A DNA stretch of 64,000 nucleotides. Origin: a virus. The notes beneath the pieces were generated by a model. It saw nothing but the letters and a program-made list of their open reading frames with translations. It had not been told where the DNA came from and did not search any database. Of this stretch, positions 44,783-55,512 are shown piece by piece; positions within the stretch are counted from its first letter, which is position 1; the number at the start of each line of letters is the position of its first letter. The translations under genes and the position numbers were made by a program. The stretch spans positions 57,023-121,022 of IMG/VR virus record IMGVR_UViG_3300045988_166195. One strand, written 5' to 3'.

Positions 44783-46354
44783 TCACGTTATGATGTCTTC
44801 GACGGTCTTCTCGACAGCATCGATGAGAGATTGCTGCAAGTGCTCTTTCTTCTCTAGGGCACCTGGGAGTTTCTCATCGATCGTTCCTCGCGTGAGGATC
44901 TGATAGACGTTCACGGGGTGTTGCTGACCCACGCGGTGCAGGCGTTTGTTCGTCTGCATGTAGTGCTCCAGCGATGCCGGAAGCGTGTACCACACGAGGG
45001 TGTGTCCACCGTCTTGCAGGTTGAGCCCGTGTCCGGCTGATGCCGGGTGGATGAGCATGACCTGAATCTCGCCGCGATTCCATGCCTCATACATGTCACG
45101 GGTGCCGTCAAAGACACGCACGTCATAGCCGTGGAACATGAGGTAGTTCGTGATGATGTCACGATCGCACGTGAAGTAATACGCGATGAGGACAGGACTA
45201 TCTTGCTGCCGAAGAAGATGCAACAGAGCTGTCACCTTGGCGTTGTGCACGATCGCGTACTGTCTCCCGTTGGGCGCAGTCAGAGACTGCGACGCGGTAG
45301 GGAGCATCGAGACATCGATGCGTACGCCGAACTGTTGGAGCTCTTCCTCTGTCTCTACATCCTCGGTGTCATCGAGGTAGATGGTGCCCGAAGCGAGCTG
45401 CACAAGCTTGGTGCGTAGCACAGCCTTGTTGGTTGCTGAGACAGAGCTCAGTGTCTTGTCAGCCTGCGGATCGATACCTGCTGATTGGGCGATGTCGAGG
45501 ACCAAGGTGTTGGCCAAGGTTCGATACGCCTGACGCGAGTTGTTGCTCATGTCGACCATGATGTTGTGGAACGTCATGGGTGGGATTGGCTTGCGAGCAA
45601 CCGTTGGAGCGCTCATCACCAGATGGTCGATACGCTGGTAAATCGCCTCTTTCGCACCGGGTCGAGGTTGCCAATTGACCTGGGTACCATTGGCGAGACG
45701 GACTTTCGATTCGAAGTACGTCATACGGTACTGGGTCATGGTTGGTCCGAGAGCCTGACCCATGTCGAGTAGATAGACCTGTGACCACAGGTCTTCCAAG
45801 CTGTTGGGCGCTGGTGTACCTGACAGAAGGATCATGCGGGAGATCTGACCACGGGCAGCACGTACAGCCTTGAATCGCTGAGAGGATGCGGATTTGAATC
45901 CCTGAGACTCGTCAATGATAACGGTTGGGAAGGGCCACCTGGGTGTCGGCAACTTCTTACGATCGCGTGGATCAAGGGGTGGAAGCCACGTGACGAGATC
46001 ATAGATGAGCTCCTGGTTGATAAACCAGAGAGTCGGAGGTGTCGCTGGGTCGAGAAGCTCGGCGTAACGACTGAGTCGTTGTTCACGAGAGAGCTTGCGA
46101 TCGTTGTCGTCGACGATCAGTGATCGTGTGCGGACGTTGACACCCCACTTCTGAATCTCAGAGATCCATGAGAGTCGGGCAATCTTGATGGGTGCAATGA
46201 TCAAGACATGCCCTACGGGCTGGATCTTGGAGAGCGCATGGAGCGTTGCCAGTGACTTGCCACCCGACATATCCAAGAAAACTCCTGCGTAGGGTCTCGT
46301 CTGGATGAACTGCGAAGCAGCGGCTTGCTGGTCCATCAGGACCGGGAATCCCAT
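44783..46354 (-). CDS. SNF2-family (SWI2/SNF2) helicase-like ATPase
   Basis: GVFLDMSGGKSL (I), VIIDESQGFKS (DExx), LLSGTPAPNSLEDLW (III), C-terminal HPASAGHGLNLQ / RLHRVGQ motifs (V/VI). Confidence 0.7.
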   Translation of the reverse strand: MGFPVLMDQQAAASQFIQTRPYAGVFLDMSGGKSLATLHALSKIQPVGHVLIIAPIKIARLSWISEIQKWGVNVRTRSLIVDDNDRKLSREQRLSRYAELLDPATPPTLWFINQELIYDLVTWLPPLDPRDRKKLPTPRWPFPTVIIDESQGFKSASSQRFKAVRAARGQISRMILLSGTPAPNSLEDLWSQVYLLDMGQALGPTMTQYRMTYFESKVRLANGTQVNWQPRPGAKEAIYQRIDHLVMSAPTVARKPIPPMTFHNIMVDMSNNSRQAYRTLANTLVLDIAQSAGIDPQADKTLSSVSATNKAVLRTKLVQLASGTIYLDDTEDVETEEELQQFGVRIDVSMLPTASQSLTAPNGRQYAIVHNAKVTALLHLLRQQDSPVLIAYYFTCDRDIITNYLMFHGYDVRVFDGTRDMYEAWNRGEIQVMLIHPASAGHGLNLQDGGHTLVWYTLPASLEHYMQTNKRLHRVGQQHPVNVYQILTRGTIDEKLPGALEKKEHLQQSLIDAVEKTVEDIIT

Positions 46355-46465
46355 ACGGTTGCTCCTTTCGTATATGGTTGACGATTGTTTGATGGGTTTA
46401 TTGATGTCTTCATTTAACTAGACTTTGTTAAGGGATGGTTTTCGTCATCAAACGAAATATCGTTA

Positions 46466-46903
46466 TCAATACGCCCCAGGATTAGATCTACGAGCAACCT
46501 CGATGAGTTTCTTGAAGTCTCCACCTAGATGCTCAAAGACAGTTAGTGCAGCGTAAGTGTCAGCACAGTCTGCTATGAGGCCCCATAGGTCGCCTGTATC
46601 AAAGAGTGCGCAGTAGAGTGTAAGGCTGTCATAATTGTCATAAGAAGCTACGGGGATTGTTGTGATAATGAAACCATTGTCGGTAAGTAGTTCGCGATCT
46701 TTGTCGTTCATGCGCATAGCTGCTTTGATCAATGCTGTGCGCAAATCGATAAATTTTTCACCAGGACGGACTGAAGCGAACCATTCACTTAGTGTGAAGG
46801 CTGGGAATAGATTGTTATTACCAAGAATGATATGGCGTTTTCCAATAATCGTATGATGTTTTGAATCACTGTTGGTGTCGGTGAGGTATGTTACATTAGG
46901 CAT
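46466..46903 (-). CDS. Hypothetical 145-aa protein (low-GC)
   Basis: ORF in an AT-richer segment. No motif. Confidence 0.4.
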   Translation of the reverse strand: MPNVTYLTDTNSDSKHHTIIGKRHIILGNNNLFPAFTLSEWFASVRPGEKFIDLRTALIKAAMRMNDKDRELLTDNGFIITTIPVASYDNYDSLTLYCALFDTGDLWGLIADCADTYAALTVFEHLGGDFKKLIEVARRSNPGAY

Positions 46904-46908
46904 TGTTT

Positions 46909-47586
46909 CTATTTTCCCTTAGTTAATTCTTTGTATGTACGAGCTGCCCATTGAAGTGCCATGCACGTTCTGACCCATTCGAGGGTGTAGTGCTCACCTG
47001 GGGTATTTTCAGGATCGATGATGTCACACATGTCTTCTGGGTAGCTATAAGGATCGGGGTAGAAGGGGATGTCGAGCAATTGTTCAAAAGGATGGCGAGA
47101 GTCTTCAAATGAAACATCTTCACGAATGGTGTTCATTATGCGATTGATATGCTCATTGTTGTATAGATATTTATTGTCGATGTGCCATCCTTTGATGAGA
47201 TTTTCAACGTCCTTGAAGAAAGCATCGGTGTCGATAGCCGTAATGGCTGCGTCTTTTGCTTGCTTTTTCATATCGAGTTTTTCAGCCCAATAATCAATGT
47301 TGAGTTCTTTAGTGTTACAGAACCCAGGTAGCATATCCTCGTCGCCATAGCGACGAAGTGTGAAAGTACGCATCCAATTACCGTAGATGGTGACGGCCCC
47401 TAGACCAGTAATGATGTCAAAGTGACAATAGGGGGACCCAATAGGATCATTGGGCCAATAGCAACGCAGATGGCGATATGGCCCGTGATCATGGCGGATT
47501 TTCATGATGCATTGGGATAGTCTGAGCGTTATATAGTCTTTGTCGGCTTGCGTGACGCGTGGTTCGTAGTAGACCATGGCATCCAC
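46909..47586 (-). CDS. Hypothetical 225-aa protein (low-GC)
   Basis: ORF. The second ATG at 47577 has better RBS spacing. No motif. Confidence 0.45.
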   Translation of the reverse strand: MDAMVYYEPRVTQADKDYITLRLSQCIMKIRHDHGPYRHLRCYWPNDPIGSPYCHFDIITGLGAVTIYGNWMRTFTLRRYGDEDMLPGFCNTKELNIDYWAEKLDMKKQAKDAAITAIDTDAFFKDVENLIKGWHIDNKYLYNNEHINRIMNTIREDVSFEDSRHPFEQLLDIPFYPDPYSYPEDMCDIIDPENTPGEHYTLEWVRTCMALQWAARTYKELTKGK

Positions 47587-47614
47587 CTTCTCTCTGTGTT
47601 CTCTTTGTTGCTTG

Positions 47615-47977
47615 TCAGTCCTGGTTATCGGGAGCGATCGCCTTGATGAAGTCTGGTCGGAATCCAGTCCAGAATGATGCGTCCATGTAGATGGACGTGT
47701 TAATCTCGCTCGTCAGTCGATGGTTCTTGACGAGAACGATAGGTGCAGCCTGCGCTCCAAGCGTCTGAGTAACGAACTCATACGCAGTCTTGTAGCGTTG
47801 ATCAGTGAGGCGGATCTCTTCGTTTTCAAGATTCATCTCATGGAACGCGATGCCGTTCTTACGCAGCAGTCGCTTGGTCTGATCGCATTGGACGCACCTG
47901 GACTTGGTAAACACGATGACATCGTGGTCCATCGTCGCATCAAGCAACTCTCGATCGATAGTAATGTTGTCGGTCAT
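47615..47977 (-). CDS. NrdH/glutaredoxin-like redoxin (CxxC)
   Basis: VIVFTKSRCVQCDQTKRLLRKNGIAFHEMNL - thioredoxin-fold CxxC motif. Start ATG 47977 with GGAGA RBS; the ORF-track start 48271 is too long. Confidence 0.6.
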   Translation of the reverse strand: MTDNITIDRELLDATMDHDVIVFTKSRCVQCDQTKRLLRKNGIAFHEMNLENEEIRLTDQRYKTAYEFVTQTLGAQAAPIVLVKNHRLTSEINTSIYMDASFWTGFRPDFIKAIAPDNQD

Positions 47978-47990
47978 AGGTTGTATCTCC

Positions 47991-48290
47991 TTACGTTGTT
48001 TGGTCATTGAGCAGCTGTAGTTCGTGGATAATGTTGTCGACTTCTTGTCGCGTATGAGCTGTATATACACGTGCGCCACTACGGCGCATATGTGTGATGA
48101 CTCGGATCTGTTGGCGTCTGAGAGAGCCGTTGCCACTCTTTGTTTCGACGAAACAGGTGGTAGCTGGAGTGACAATGATCTGGTCAGGAACGCCCCGCAT
48201 ACCGGGGGAGGTGAACTTCGCAGTCCACCACCCCCGGCGTCGACACTCGTCGACAAGGTAGCCTTCAACATAGTGTTCAGGGCGACCCAT
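47991..48290 (-). CDS. VRR-NUC domain (PD-(D/E)xK) nuclease
   Basis: MGRPEHYVEGYLVDECRRRGWWTAKFTSPGMRGVPDQIIV...FVETKSGNGSLRRQQ - GxPD ... ExK catalytic arrangement typical of VRR-NUC. RBS AGGAGG. Confidence 0.55.
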   Translation of the reverse strand: MGRPEHYVEGYLVDECRRRGWWTAKFTSPGMRGVPDQIIVTPATTCFVETKSGNGSLRRQQIRVITHMRRSGARVYTAHTRQEVDNIIHELQLLNDQTT

Positions 48291-48507
48291 TAGCGATGAC
48301 CTCCTGCTTATGGGCAGTGTGCCAACGGATACGGGCTCTGTCTGACGTGAGGGGGTTGGACATGATCCCGCATGAACACTTGGCACGACCCTTGACGTTG
48401 GTCTGGTCATCCGGTCCCACTTCGGGGAAGATTCGATCACCCCACTTGGTGAACGGCTTCCCCTCAGCGATGAGGGTATGGCCTCGGACACGTACCTGCT
48501 TGGGCAT
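48277..48507 (-). CDS. Hypothetical 76-aa protein (possible Zn-binding, CSCG)
   Basis: RBS ggaaggagtacacATG. Overlaps the start of the VRR-NUC gene by 14 nt. Confidence 0.4.
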   Translation of the reverse strand: MPKQVRVRGHTLIAEGKPFTKWGDRIFPEVGPDDQTNVKGRAKCSCGIMSNPLTSDRARIRWHTAHKQEVIANGSP

Positions 48508-48527
48508 GTGTACTCCTTCCTGTTGTT

Positions 48528-51500
48528 TTATTCTTGTTCCGGCTCTTGCTCTGGGATCGTATTCATCCAGTTCGACTCGTACGAATCACAGAACATCTGG
48601 GCATAGGTATCCAGATCCAGTTGTTCGATGAGAGCGCGGCGCTGATCCTCGCTCAGACACATGAGATCCTCGTTGAGAACCATCATGTGCCAGGTAGGCT
48701 CGATACCGGTGATCTTGCGGATAGAAATATCCTGATCAACCGGAGCCTGCTGGATGCTGTACTGATGCGCAGTCATTGCATCTGGCGCATAGCCGTTAGC
48801 GATCATGATTGCATTGGCGGTTGCGTCAGTGCGCACCACGGGAGCGTCGCCGCGCTTCTTGCGTGACTGGGCCACTGTGGCGTTGACTTTCCATGCACCG
48901 GCTGCACGCAAAGAGACTGCGCCCTCGGTGCCCGGCTTGACGACGAACACCCGGTTGTAGTGCTGGAGCGCTCGCGGGTTGCGAGCTGCCAGCTCAGGAG
49001 AATCCTCCTGATCCACAGGGATGGGATCTGCCGCGTAGTGGAACGTGAGCATACCAGGAGAGGCTGCGATGACGTTCTGGAAGAGTAGCAACGCTTCCAC
49101 GCTGTCTTCCTGATGCGCGATCGCCGTCATGATGTCTCGCGCAGTATCTGGGTCAACTGGCTTGTTGATGAGCTCAGGGTTCGTCACCGCGATTGCTCGT
49201 AGGTACACAGCCATTGCTCGATCGAGCGCGGCTGGGTGAGCCAACGAGTTCGTGGGCGATGGCTTGCGCCAACATGCCAGAGACGAGCCTGATGCGCTGA
49301 GAATCTTTGCATCCTGGGGCTTAGCAGTACCGTCTGCATACGCAGGTGGTACAGCCAACTCGATACGGTTGTTCGAGTCCTTGGACACAAGGAGCAGCTC
49401 TTCAGGCTCGATCAAGACATGGATACGCTCAGACTGCTCATCGAGCACCCTGTTGTTTGTCTCCAGGTCGATGTCTGCCGAGTACAGACCATCGGTGTTT
49501 GTCGAGATGATGCGAGCGCCCTCAAGAGTCTGAGCTTGCCCGATCATCCAGGAGAACAACTGGCCGATCAGTCTCATGGAGATGATCATGTTGTTCATGC
49601 GGATGGGGGAGCCTTCGAACTCAGTGTCTCCTGCGCCGGAAGCGCTGTTGAGCAGCAGCTTGACACCGCTTCGCTTGGAGACGAACATATCGCGCTCTTC
49701 AGTAGTGATGGAGGGATCCTTCATCAGCTGACCGAACCGCTCCTTGTCCAGGTAGAGCTTGCCGTAGCGGTCCTCGCCCAATGCCTCGTTGTAGAACGCG
49801 GAGAGGTTGGTGAGCAGCAAAGGGTAGTACGACGAGAAGTCCTCGTGGACGGCCTTAGCTACCGATGTCATCGCATACTTAGGATCAAGCTTGGTTGACC
49901 CATCGCTGCGCTTGAGGAATAGCTCTTTGTTACGCACAGGCTTGAAGAATGCGCCTCGCTCTGGCTTGGGCGACGACTTACTCATCAAGACCTGCTGCCA
50001 CGGGATGACCCGTTCATCGGGCAGGGTGACGCGGATGCTCTTGCGGATGGCCATGGCTTGCTCTGGTTCAGGCAGATTGCGAACATGGAGAGTCTCAATG
50101 ACCGCGTCAATGAGATCTCGTAGAGCATTCGCCTCAGCGTTGTGATCCTTGAAGAGGACCATGTTTGCTTCAGCGCCGTGGATGCCACCGGTTGAGAACG
50201 TCGCGAAGCACGACGTTGGTGTCCCGTCTGTTCGGAAGTAGGGAACGTTGGTGGCCCGCTTGGGGATCTCATTGAGCCGGTAAGCGCTGATCACGCCGTC
50301 GTTATCGACGTTGTTGCAGTCTGGATCAAGACTGTGGTCCTCGGTGTATGCCTTAGACCCGTTGAAGTTCTTGCCACGAATACTTGCGTAGTACTCGTAG
50401 ACCTCATCGAAAGCAGCGTGAGCGTGAGCATCTTCGATGTTCTCGTAGAAGAAGCTCTTGGCGAGTTCGAGAACGTCGAATTGCTCGATGCCCAGTTCCT
50501 GCGCACGTTGCTTGGACGGATACATGAACGACACCGTCTTGATGTCCTTCAGCCGTTCGTAGGGAGCGAGGACGCGTGCAACGAACTTCGCTGACGTTGA
50601 GTCAGGAGTTAGTCGATCACGACGAACACGATCGGGCCTGCAATCCGGCTTTGACTTGGAACCGTTCACAGCCTGGTAGACGGTCTCAGGATAGTCAACC
50701 ATCAAGGCGTGCTTGAGGTCGAACCCGCCTGAGTATGTCGGGTGATCTGCTAGGTACGCCAGATTGACAACGTCGCTGACGTTGTAGGCGATCAGTTCGA
50801 TGAGATCATCGATTGTTTCGATGATCGAGTCATGCTTCAACCGATCGGATTCGAGGATCTGGTAACCCAGCATGCCAAGCAGGCGCTTGAGGCCCACACG
50901 TTGCTGCTTCTCATTGAAGCGTGCGATGTCCAGGTGCCTACCGGAATGAAGCATAGATCGCCTGACCTTGTTCGCCGTCCCGTCCCAGCCCTTACCGTTA
51001 GCAACAGCAGAAGAGGTGAGGTACAACGGCATCTGACGGATGTACTCATCCGTGAAGAGCACATCATTATGCTTGCGGATCGTCTTTGCAGTCACAGGGG
51101 TGGTGCGCCTGAATGCAAGCTTGCATGTTTCCATCATCTCTTCATAGATACGACGTTTCTCATTGTCTGTCGTGGCGAGCATGGCACGTTCACGAGCCTG
51201 ACGGACAGGCTCCTGCGTTCTTTCCATGACGCTTGCGAGGTAAATACTCATGAGGGTCGTGTCATAGTTGGCGGAGTTATAGCCGCATACGAACGGATGA
51301 ACCTCAGGATCGTAGTTCGGATCCGTGTCGCATACAGGGCGGTACTCTCGCAAGTACGTACTCTGGGAATGTGGGTCGTTCACTGAGGCTGCATCGCTGA
51401 GACCAATCATGCGGGCGAGCAGATGATTAGCTTCCCACTTCGCTAGGTTGTGCAAGCGTAGGATGGGTGTTTCACTGTGTTTCCAGAGGCGCGCCCAGGC

Positions 51501-51720
51501 TGGATTGCGCTTCAGAATGGCCGCGAGCACTGTGTCGTGGTCCAAGTCGCGGCGACGCAGCGCATCACCGACGGGGGTGCCCACGTCGACGAGATAGAAC
51601 ACATTGAGAGCACGGGTTTCACGGTCGAAGAAAGCAACGGTGAACACGTTGGTGAGTGACTCGATGTCCCAGAAGACGAATCGAGCTTTCTTGTAGGTGG
51701 TTCGCTTCATATGAGCTACC
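48528..51720 (-). CDS. Family-B DNA polymerase with N-terminal 3'-5' exonuclease domain
   Basis: FVFWDIESLTNVF (Exo I DxE), KLLLNSASGAG (motif B KxxxNSxYG), ISTNTDGLYS (motif C-like). Start ATG 51720 (MKRTTYKK) has a G8 run as SD. The alternative upstream ATG 51746 lacks an RBS. Confidence 0.6.
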
Positions 51721-51728
51721 CCCCCCTT

Positions 51729-51736
51729 CGTTGATA
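51729..51736. repeat. C8 (G8 on the coding strand) homopolymer at the SD / 5' end of the polymerase gene
   Basis: Counted directly. Confidence 0.8.
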
Positions 51737-51742
51737 TATCGT

Positions 51743-52333
51743 TCAAAAGAGCGTCTCTAGCTGAGGTAGCTCATGCGGAATGTAGTTCTCGATGTAGTGC
51801 TTGACTGCACTTTCGGGATTATCGGCGTAGATGTTGCACAGTGTGTCGTAATCGGGGTGATCGGGCGACACTGTCCACACGTCACCACGAGCCCACGCGA
51901 CAAAGGTGTCAACGTTGTCACGAGCGGAACCATAACCCTCCTTGACGGCTGCAATGACAGTGAACCAGGTGGACTGGTCGTAGCCATGACAGGCGATCAT
52001 GTCAACGTCGTATGGGATATTGCGCTCGGCAAGACTCTTCTTCCAGTTATTCCACCACTGGGTGGTGATGTCGCTTGGATCATCGATGTCGTCTCGCTCC
52101 ATGGCTTGAAGAAGATCGTCGATGGCCGGGTTGTCATCGTAGTCATCGATGTTGTCGGTTCGCGTGTTGCGATCGGCGTTGATGACAACGATAGCCGCCT
52201 CTTCGTGGGAGAGCCACGACCTGGGATCTTCGGCATCGGTATCCTGACAAACGGTGTAATTGACACCGTTTTCATCGGTGTATACGTCGTCTTGGCGGAT
52301 GTAACCGGCGTGTGTCGTGTGGGTGAGATTCAT
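51743..52333 (-). CDS. Hypothetical acidic protein
   Basis: Start ATG 52333 (MNLTHTTH) with gaaagggctttactcATG. A single TTTATTCAA motif lies upstream. Confidence 0.45.
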   Translation of the reverse strand: MNLTHTTHAGYIRQDDVYTDENGVNYTVCQDTDAEDPRSWLSHEEAAIVVINADRNTRTDNIDDYDDNPAIDDLLQAMERDDIDDPSDITTQWWNNWKKSLAERNIPYDVDMIACHGYDQSTWFTVIAAVKEGYGSARDNVDTFVAWARGDVWTVSPDHPDYDTLCNIYADNPESAVKHYIENYIPHELPQLETLF

Positions 52334-52428
52334 GAGTAAAGCCCTTTCTGGGTGATTGAATAAATGCCACACAACCCCTGCTCAGCGATTGTGAGACAGG
52401 GGTTGTGCAGGGTTGGTTATTGGCTGTT

Positions 52429-54162
52429 TTAGCTGTCCTGATCGTCATCGTCTGATGCAGATCCAGGTGAAGCCGTAGCGGTGGCTCGTAGGAGCCCTCG
52501 CGTAGAGATTGGTATGTTGTGAGGAATACCAATCTTGCACATAGAGCCTCCCGCTGGCTGAATATCCATCCACTCGTGGAGGTCATATTCAATAATCAGT
52601 GGCTCATTACCAACAATACGGTTTTGGGTACGCACAGCTGTCGACGTGACGATCCAATTGCTGCCGCCATCTGGGGTATCTTGAAGCACAAGCGTCAAAT
52701 GCTTGACGAACTTGTTGTATCCCAGAGGTGGATTCGATGGCTGGTCTTTGACCAACCACGCGCGATAGAGCGCGTAGAGGAATCGCCACGGAAGTAGATC
52801 CCAGACCATGCGATCAAGGAACTCTTCGACGAACGCACGGACGGGATCGTTCTCGATCTTGTACTGATGGAGTGCGTTTTTGACTGCGGCTGGCTCAGAC
52901 AGCTCGTAGAAGTTACTGCTGAGTACACGGTGAAGGACATATTCGAGCACCTCAGTGCGATGCATGTAGTCCTGCTTAATGTACTTGCGCTCAGCACCCG
53001 TGAAACTCTTGTTGAACGGGATGATGAGTTGCCTACGGTAAAGCGAGCCCGACTTGTCTCGAAACCTGGGTGTGTCGTTCACACATTGGACCATGAAACC
53101 CCTGAATTGGTATGCGATAGGGGTCTTGTTCTTGCGGTTGATCAAGATGACATCATTGGTGATGACAGCCTTGAGATTTGCCGCCTTATCGACGTATTCA
53201 CCGACATCGTTCTCATCGACAAGGACCGCGTTGGTCCTGATGAGAGGTTCCAGATGGAAGTCTTTACCGAAATCGGCAACGGAAATAGAAGTCCACGCAC
53301 GCTCACCGCATAGGTTACGCATGAGTGTGAGAAGCGTTCCCTTACCGTTGTTACCGACTTCGGAGAGAAGCCATGCAGTCTTGTCCCATGCAACGTTGGG
53401 TCGAATTATGGCTGACATGATTTCCCATAGGAGGTTGACGATCTCGGGATCGTCGTTGAGATCATCCATCCACGATTCGATGTCCCAGTCAGTACCGTCC
53501 GCATCGTTATGGATGACCGGGTTGACTGGGTTGTCCTTGTAGTCGATCGCAGATTTCGCGGTAAAGACGATCTCAGGGGTGAATGGCAACAGTTTCTTCG
53601 ACTTGTAATCGAAAATGCCGTTGTTGACGGCCACGAGATCGCGGTTGGTGTTGACCATGACGCGAGGGGCGTTATCTTTCAGCATATCGATAACATGGTC
53701 AAGCTCTGTAGGCGGAATTGAGTAGTTGTACGCACGGGCGAGCACTCGGATCGAGACCTCATCGGTGACGTAGATGCCTGTATCTGGACCGTGGTCCATG
53801 TACACGGCTAGTACATCATAATTGGGATCTGTGTTCTTATCTGACAGCATGATACTGACGACCCGGTTGCGATGGAGCATGCAATCGGCGATCACTGCCG
53901 GTGAGAGTGTGCTCAGTGTCTGAAAGGCTCGTTTGCCCTTGAGTTCATAGTTCGCGTTTTCTGCGATCAACCGGTTGTTGATGCGGTTGAGTAGCTGGAA
54001 CTCAACGCCTTTCGCATCAAGGACTTCTTGGTTCTGTGTAGCAAAAAACAGCTCGACCTCATCGGAGATCAGCTGGTTACGCGGTGGCAGCATAGCCTGG
54101 CGAGGCTTCGCCTGCTTCTGAGCAGGTGCGGTAGAGGTGGCATTTGTTGTCATTGAAGCCAC
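52429..54162 (-). CDS. Phage/plasmid primase-helicase C-terminal domain protein (D5 / P4-alpha-like SF3 NTPase)
   Basis: Walker A LLSEVGNNGKGTLL and Walker B VLVDENDVGE in the arrangement typical of D5_N / Primase_C-terminal (P4-type) proteins. GTG start at 54162 or ATG at 54153. Confidence 0.65.
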   Translation of the reverse strand: MASMTTNATSTAPAQKQAKPRQAMLPPRNQLISDEVELFFATQNQEVLDAKGVEFQLLNRINNRLIAENANYELKGKRAFQTLSTLSPAVIADCMLHRNRVVSIMLSDKNTDPNYDVLAVYMDHGPDTGIYVTDEVSIRVLARAYNYSIPPTELDHVIDMLKDNAPRVMVNTNRDLVAVNNGIFDYKSKKLLPFTPEIVFTAKSAIDYKDNPVNPVIHNDADGTDWDIESWMDDLNDDPEIVNLLWEIMSAIIRPNVAWDKTAWLLSEVGNNGKGTLLTLMRNLCGERAWTSISVADFGKDFHLEPLIRTNAVLVDENDVGEYVDKAANLKAVITNDVILINRKNKTPIAYQFRGFMVQCVNDTPRFRDKSGSLYRRQLIIPFNKSFTGAERKYIKQDYMHRTEVLEYVLHRVLSSNFYELSEPAAVKNALHQYKIENDPVRAFVEEFLDRMVWDLLPWRFLYALYRAWLVKDQPSNPPLGYNKFVKHLTLVLQDTPDGGSNWIVTSTAVRTQNRIVGNEPLIIEYDLHEWMDIQPAGGSMCKIGIPHNIPISTRGLLRATATASPGSASDDDDQDS

Positions 54163-54589
54163 ATCCTCGTCATGTTGGATGCGGCGTCAGTGGGGTGCAG
54201 CATGTGGGACCTTCTTTCAATTCTAAGGTGCACGAGCGGTAGGGTTCCGCGCATGTGGGATACAGGGAAGTACTCGTACGCCAGAGGAATCGTACATTAC
54301 ATTGGGTTACCGCGCAAGCTGCGCATGGCGGTCAACGACCATGTTACCGGTCGTCATCTTCTGTTGTCTCTCGACGCGCGACAGCGCGTTACCCAGAGAG
54401 ACGACAAGGGTACGGGGGTCTCTCGTGCTCCAAACGCGTCTGTGAGGCTCTGAAATGACCTCAATGCATCTGAGTGCCGGTTTTTGTCTCCCAGGGCCGT
54501 AGAGACGCGCCTGGGGGCCTTCTCGGGGATGTGGAGCCTCTTCAGCGGAGCGCATTGCTCATGAAGGGGAGTCGATGGGTGCTGTGAGA

Positions 54590-55125
54590 GGGGCCTGTAG
54601 CAGTTTTTCTTCTCGATGTAGCAGATTTCGAAAAATATCTGCTACAGGGTTTTTTGGCGGGATTTCAAGGAAAAGCTCTTATTGATAATTATTTCTAATA
54701 AATATCTGCTACATATATAATCGTTGGTATTTCAACGTAAAACCTGGTTTGTAGCAGATGTAGCAGATATTTTCCTCGCTATGCACGCATGCGCGCACAC
54801 GCACGTGTGATACCCGAAGAAGTTGTTTCTGTCAATCCTGAGAATGTATGCATTTCATATGCCGAGATGATCGCTTGACTGTGTGTTTGGATGCGTGTAT
54901 CACGCGCACATACGCGCATGCGCACCTGAAGACTTGGTGTCAAAAAGCTGCTACATCTGCTACAAGTGGCACTTTTCGTTGCAATGATGCGCGAAAGTGC
55001 CGTAGCAGCGATTTTTGGCCCTGTAGCAGTTTTTGCTACACGTGTTGTTTGCCTTGGTATTTCAAGGGAAACAGGGTCGTAGCGTGTAGCAGTTTTTGGT
55101 CCAACATCTGCTACAAGCCTTGTTT
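54590..55125. repeat. Iteron-rich origin-like region: >12 copies of (G)TAGCAG(A/T/C) / CTGCTAC(A) in both orientations, AT-rich spacer, GC-rich alternating pur/pyr palindromes
   Basis: Copies read at 54596, 54620, 54649, 54707, 54750, 54759, 54946, 54955, 55003, 55023, 55035, 55086, 55107. AT-rich 54680-54740. gcgcacatacgcgcatgcgcac at 54900-54925. Hairpin ggcacttttcg-TTGCAATGATGCGCG-cgaaagtgcc at 54967-54998. Confidence 0.6.
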
Positions 55126-55404
55126 TGTCGTGCTTGTAGTGATCGCGGCCACAGTGCTGTTTCGGTGTTGCGCGCGATGATTTACCAATATATGTTGGAG
55201 ATCACAATCGGCCTAGTTGTCTGTATACGCATTGGTGTTGCATGTGTGTTCTTGTTCGTGTATCCTGTCGTTGACAGGTTGATTCGGGTTCGTGGAAGTG
55301 AACCGAGATCTGGGACGATGTGGGACCGCACAACGTAAAACGGACGGGAGCTGGTGGGACGGCTCCCGTTCGTGTTTCTGGGGAGAGAAGTCGCATCACA
55401 ATAA

Positions 55405-55435
55405 AACAGGGGCCATCCGGTGAGGATGGCCCCTG
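55405..55435 (-). terminator. Perfect 13-bp hairpin acaggggccatcc-ggtga-ggatggcccctgt, followed on the minus strand by ttttattgt
   Basis: Rho-independent terminator geometry for the minus-strand gene ending at 55513. Confidence 0.55.
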
Positions 55436-55512
55436 TTGCTTTCATGAAAAGATCCGCTGGTAGCCGTTGCTGTCGGCTTGGGATCCGGGTCTGTGTTTAC
55501 GGTGTGACGCGA

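Noticed and set aside
54172-54555. Small ORFs (93 aa plus-strand, 82 aa minus-strand) between the primase gene and the iterons.
   Set aside because: No RBS, odd composition, and the region instead shows repeated GTCTC/GAGAC inverted repeats. More likely regulatory DNA or a leader than coding.
54590-55125. Possible CRISPR array, because of many short repeats.
   Set aside because: The repeats are 8-10 nt, occur in both orientations and at irregular spacing, and have no 28-37-nt repeat / unique spacer periodicity. This is iteron-like, not CRISPR.
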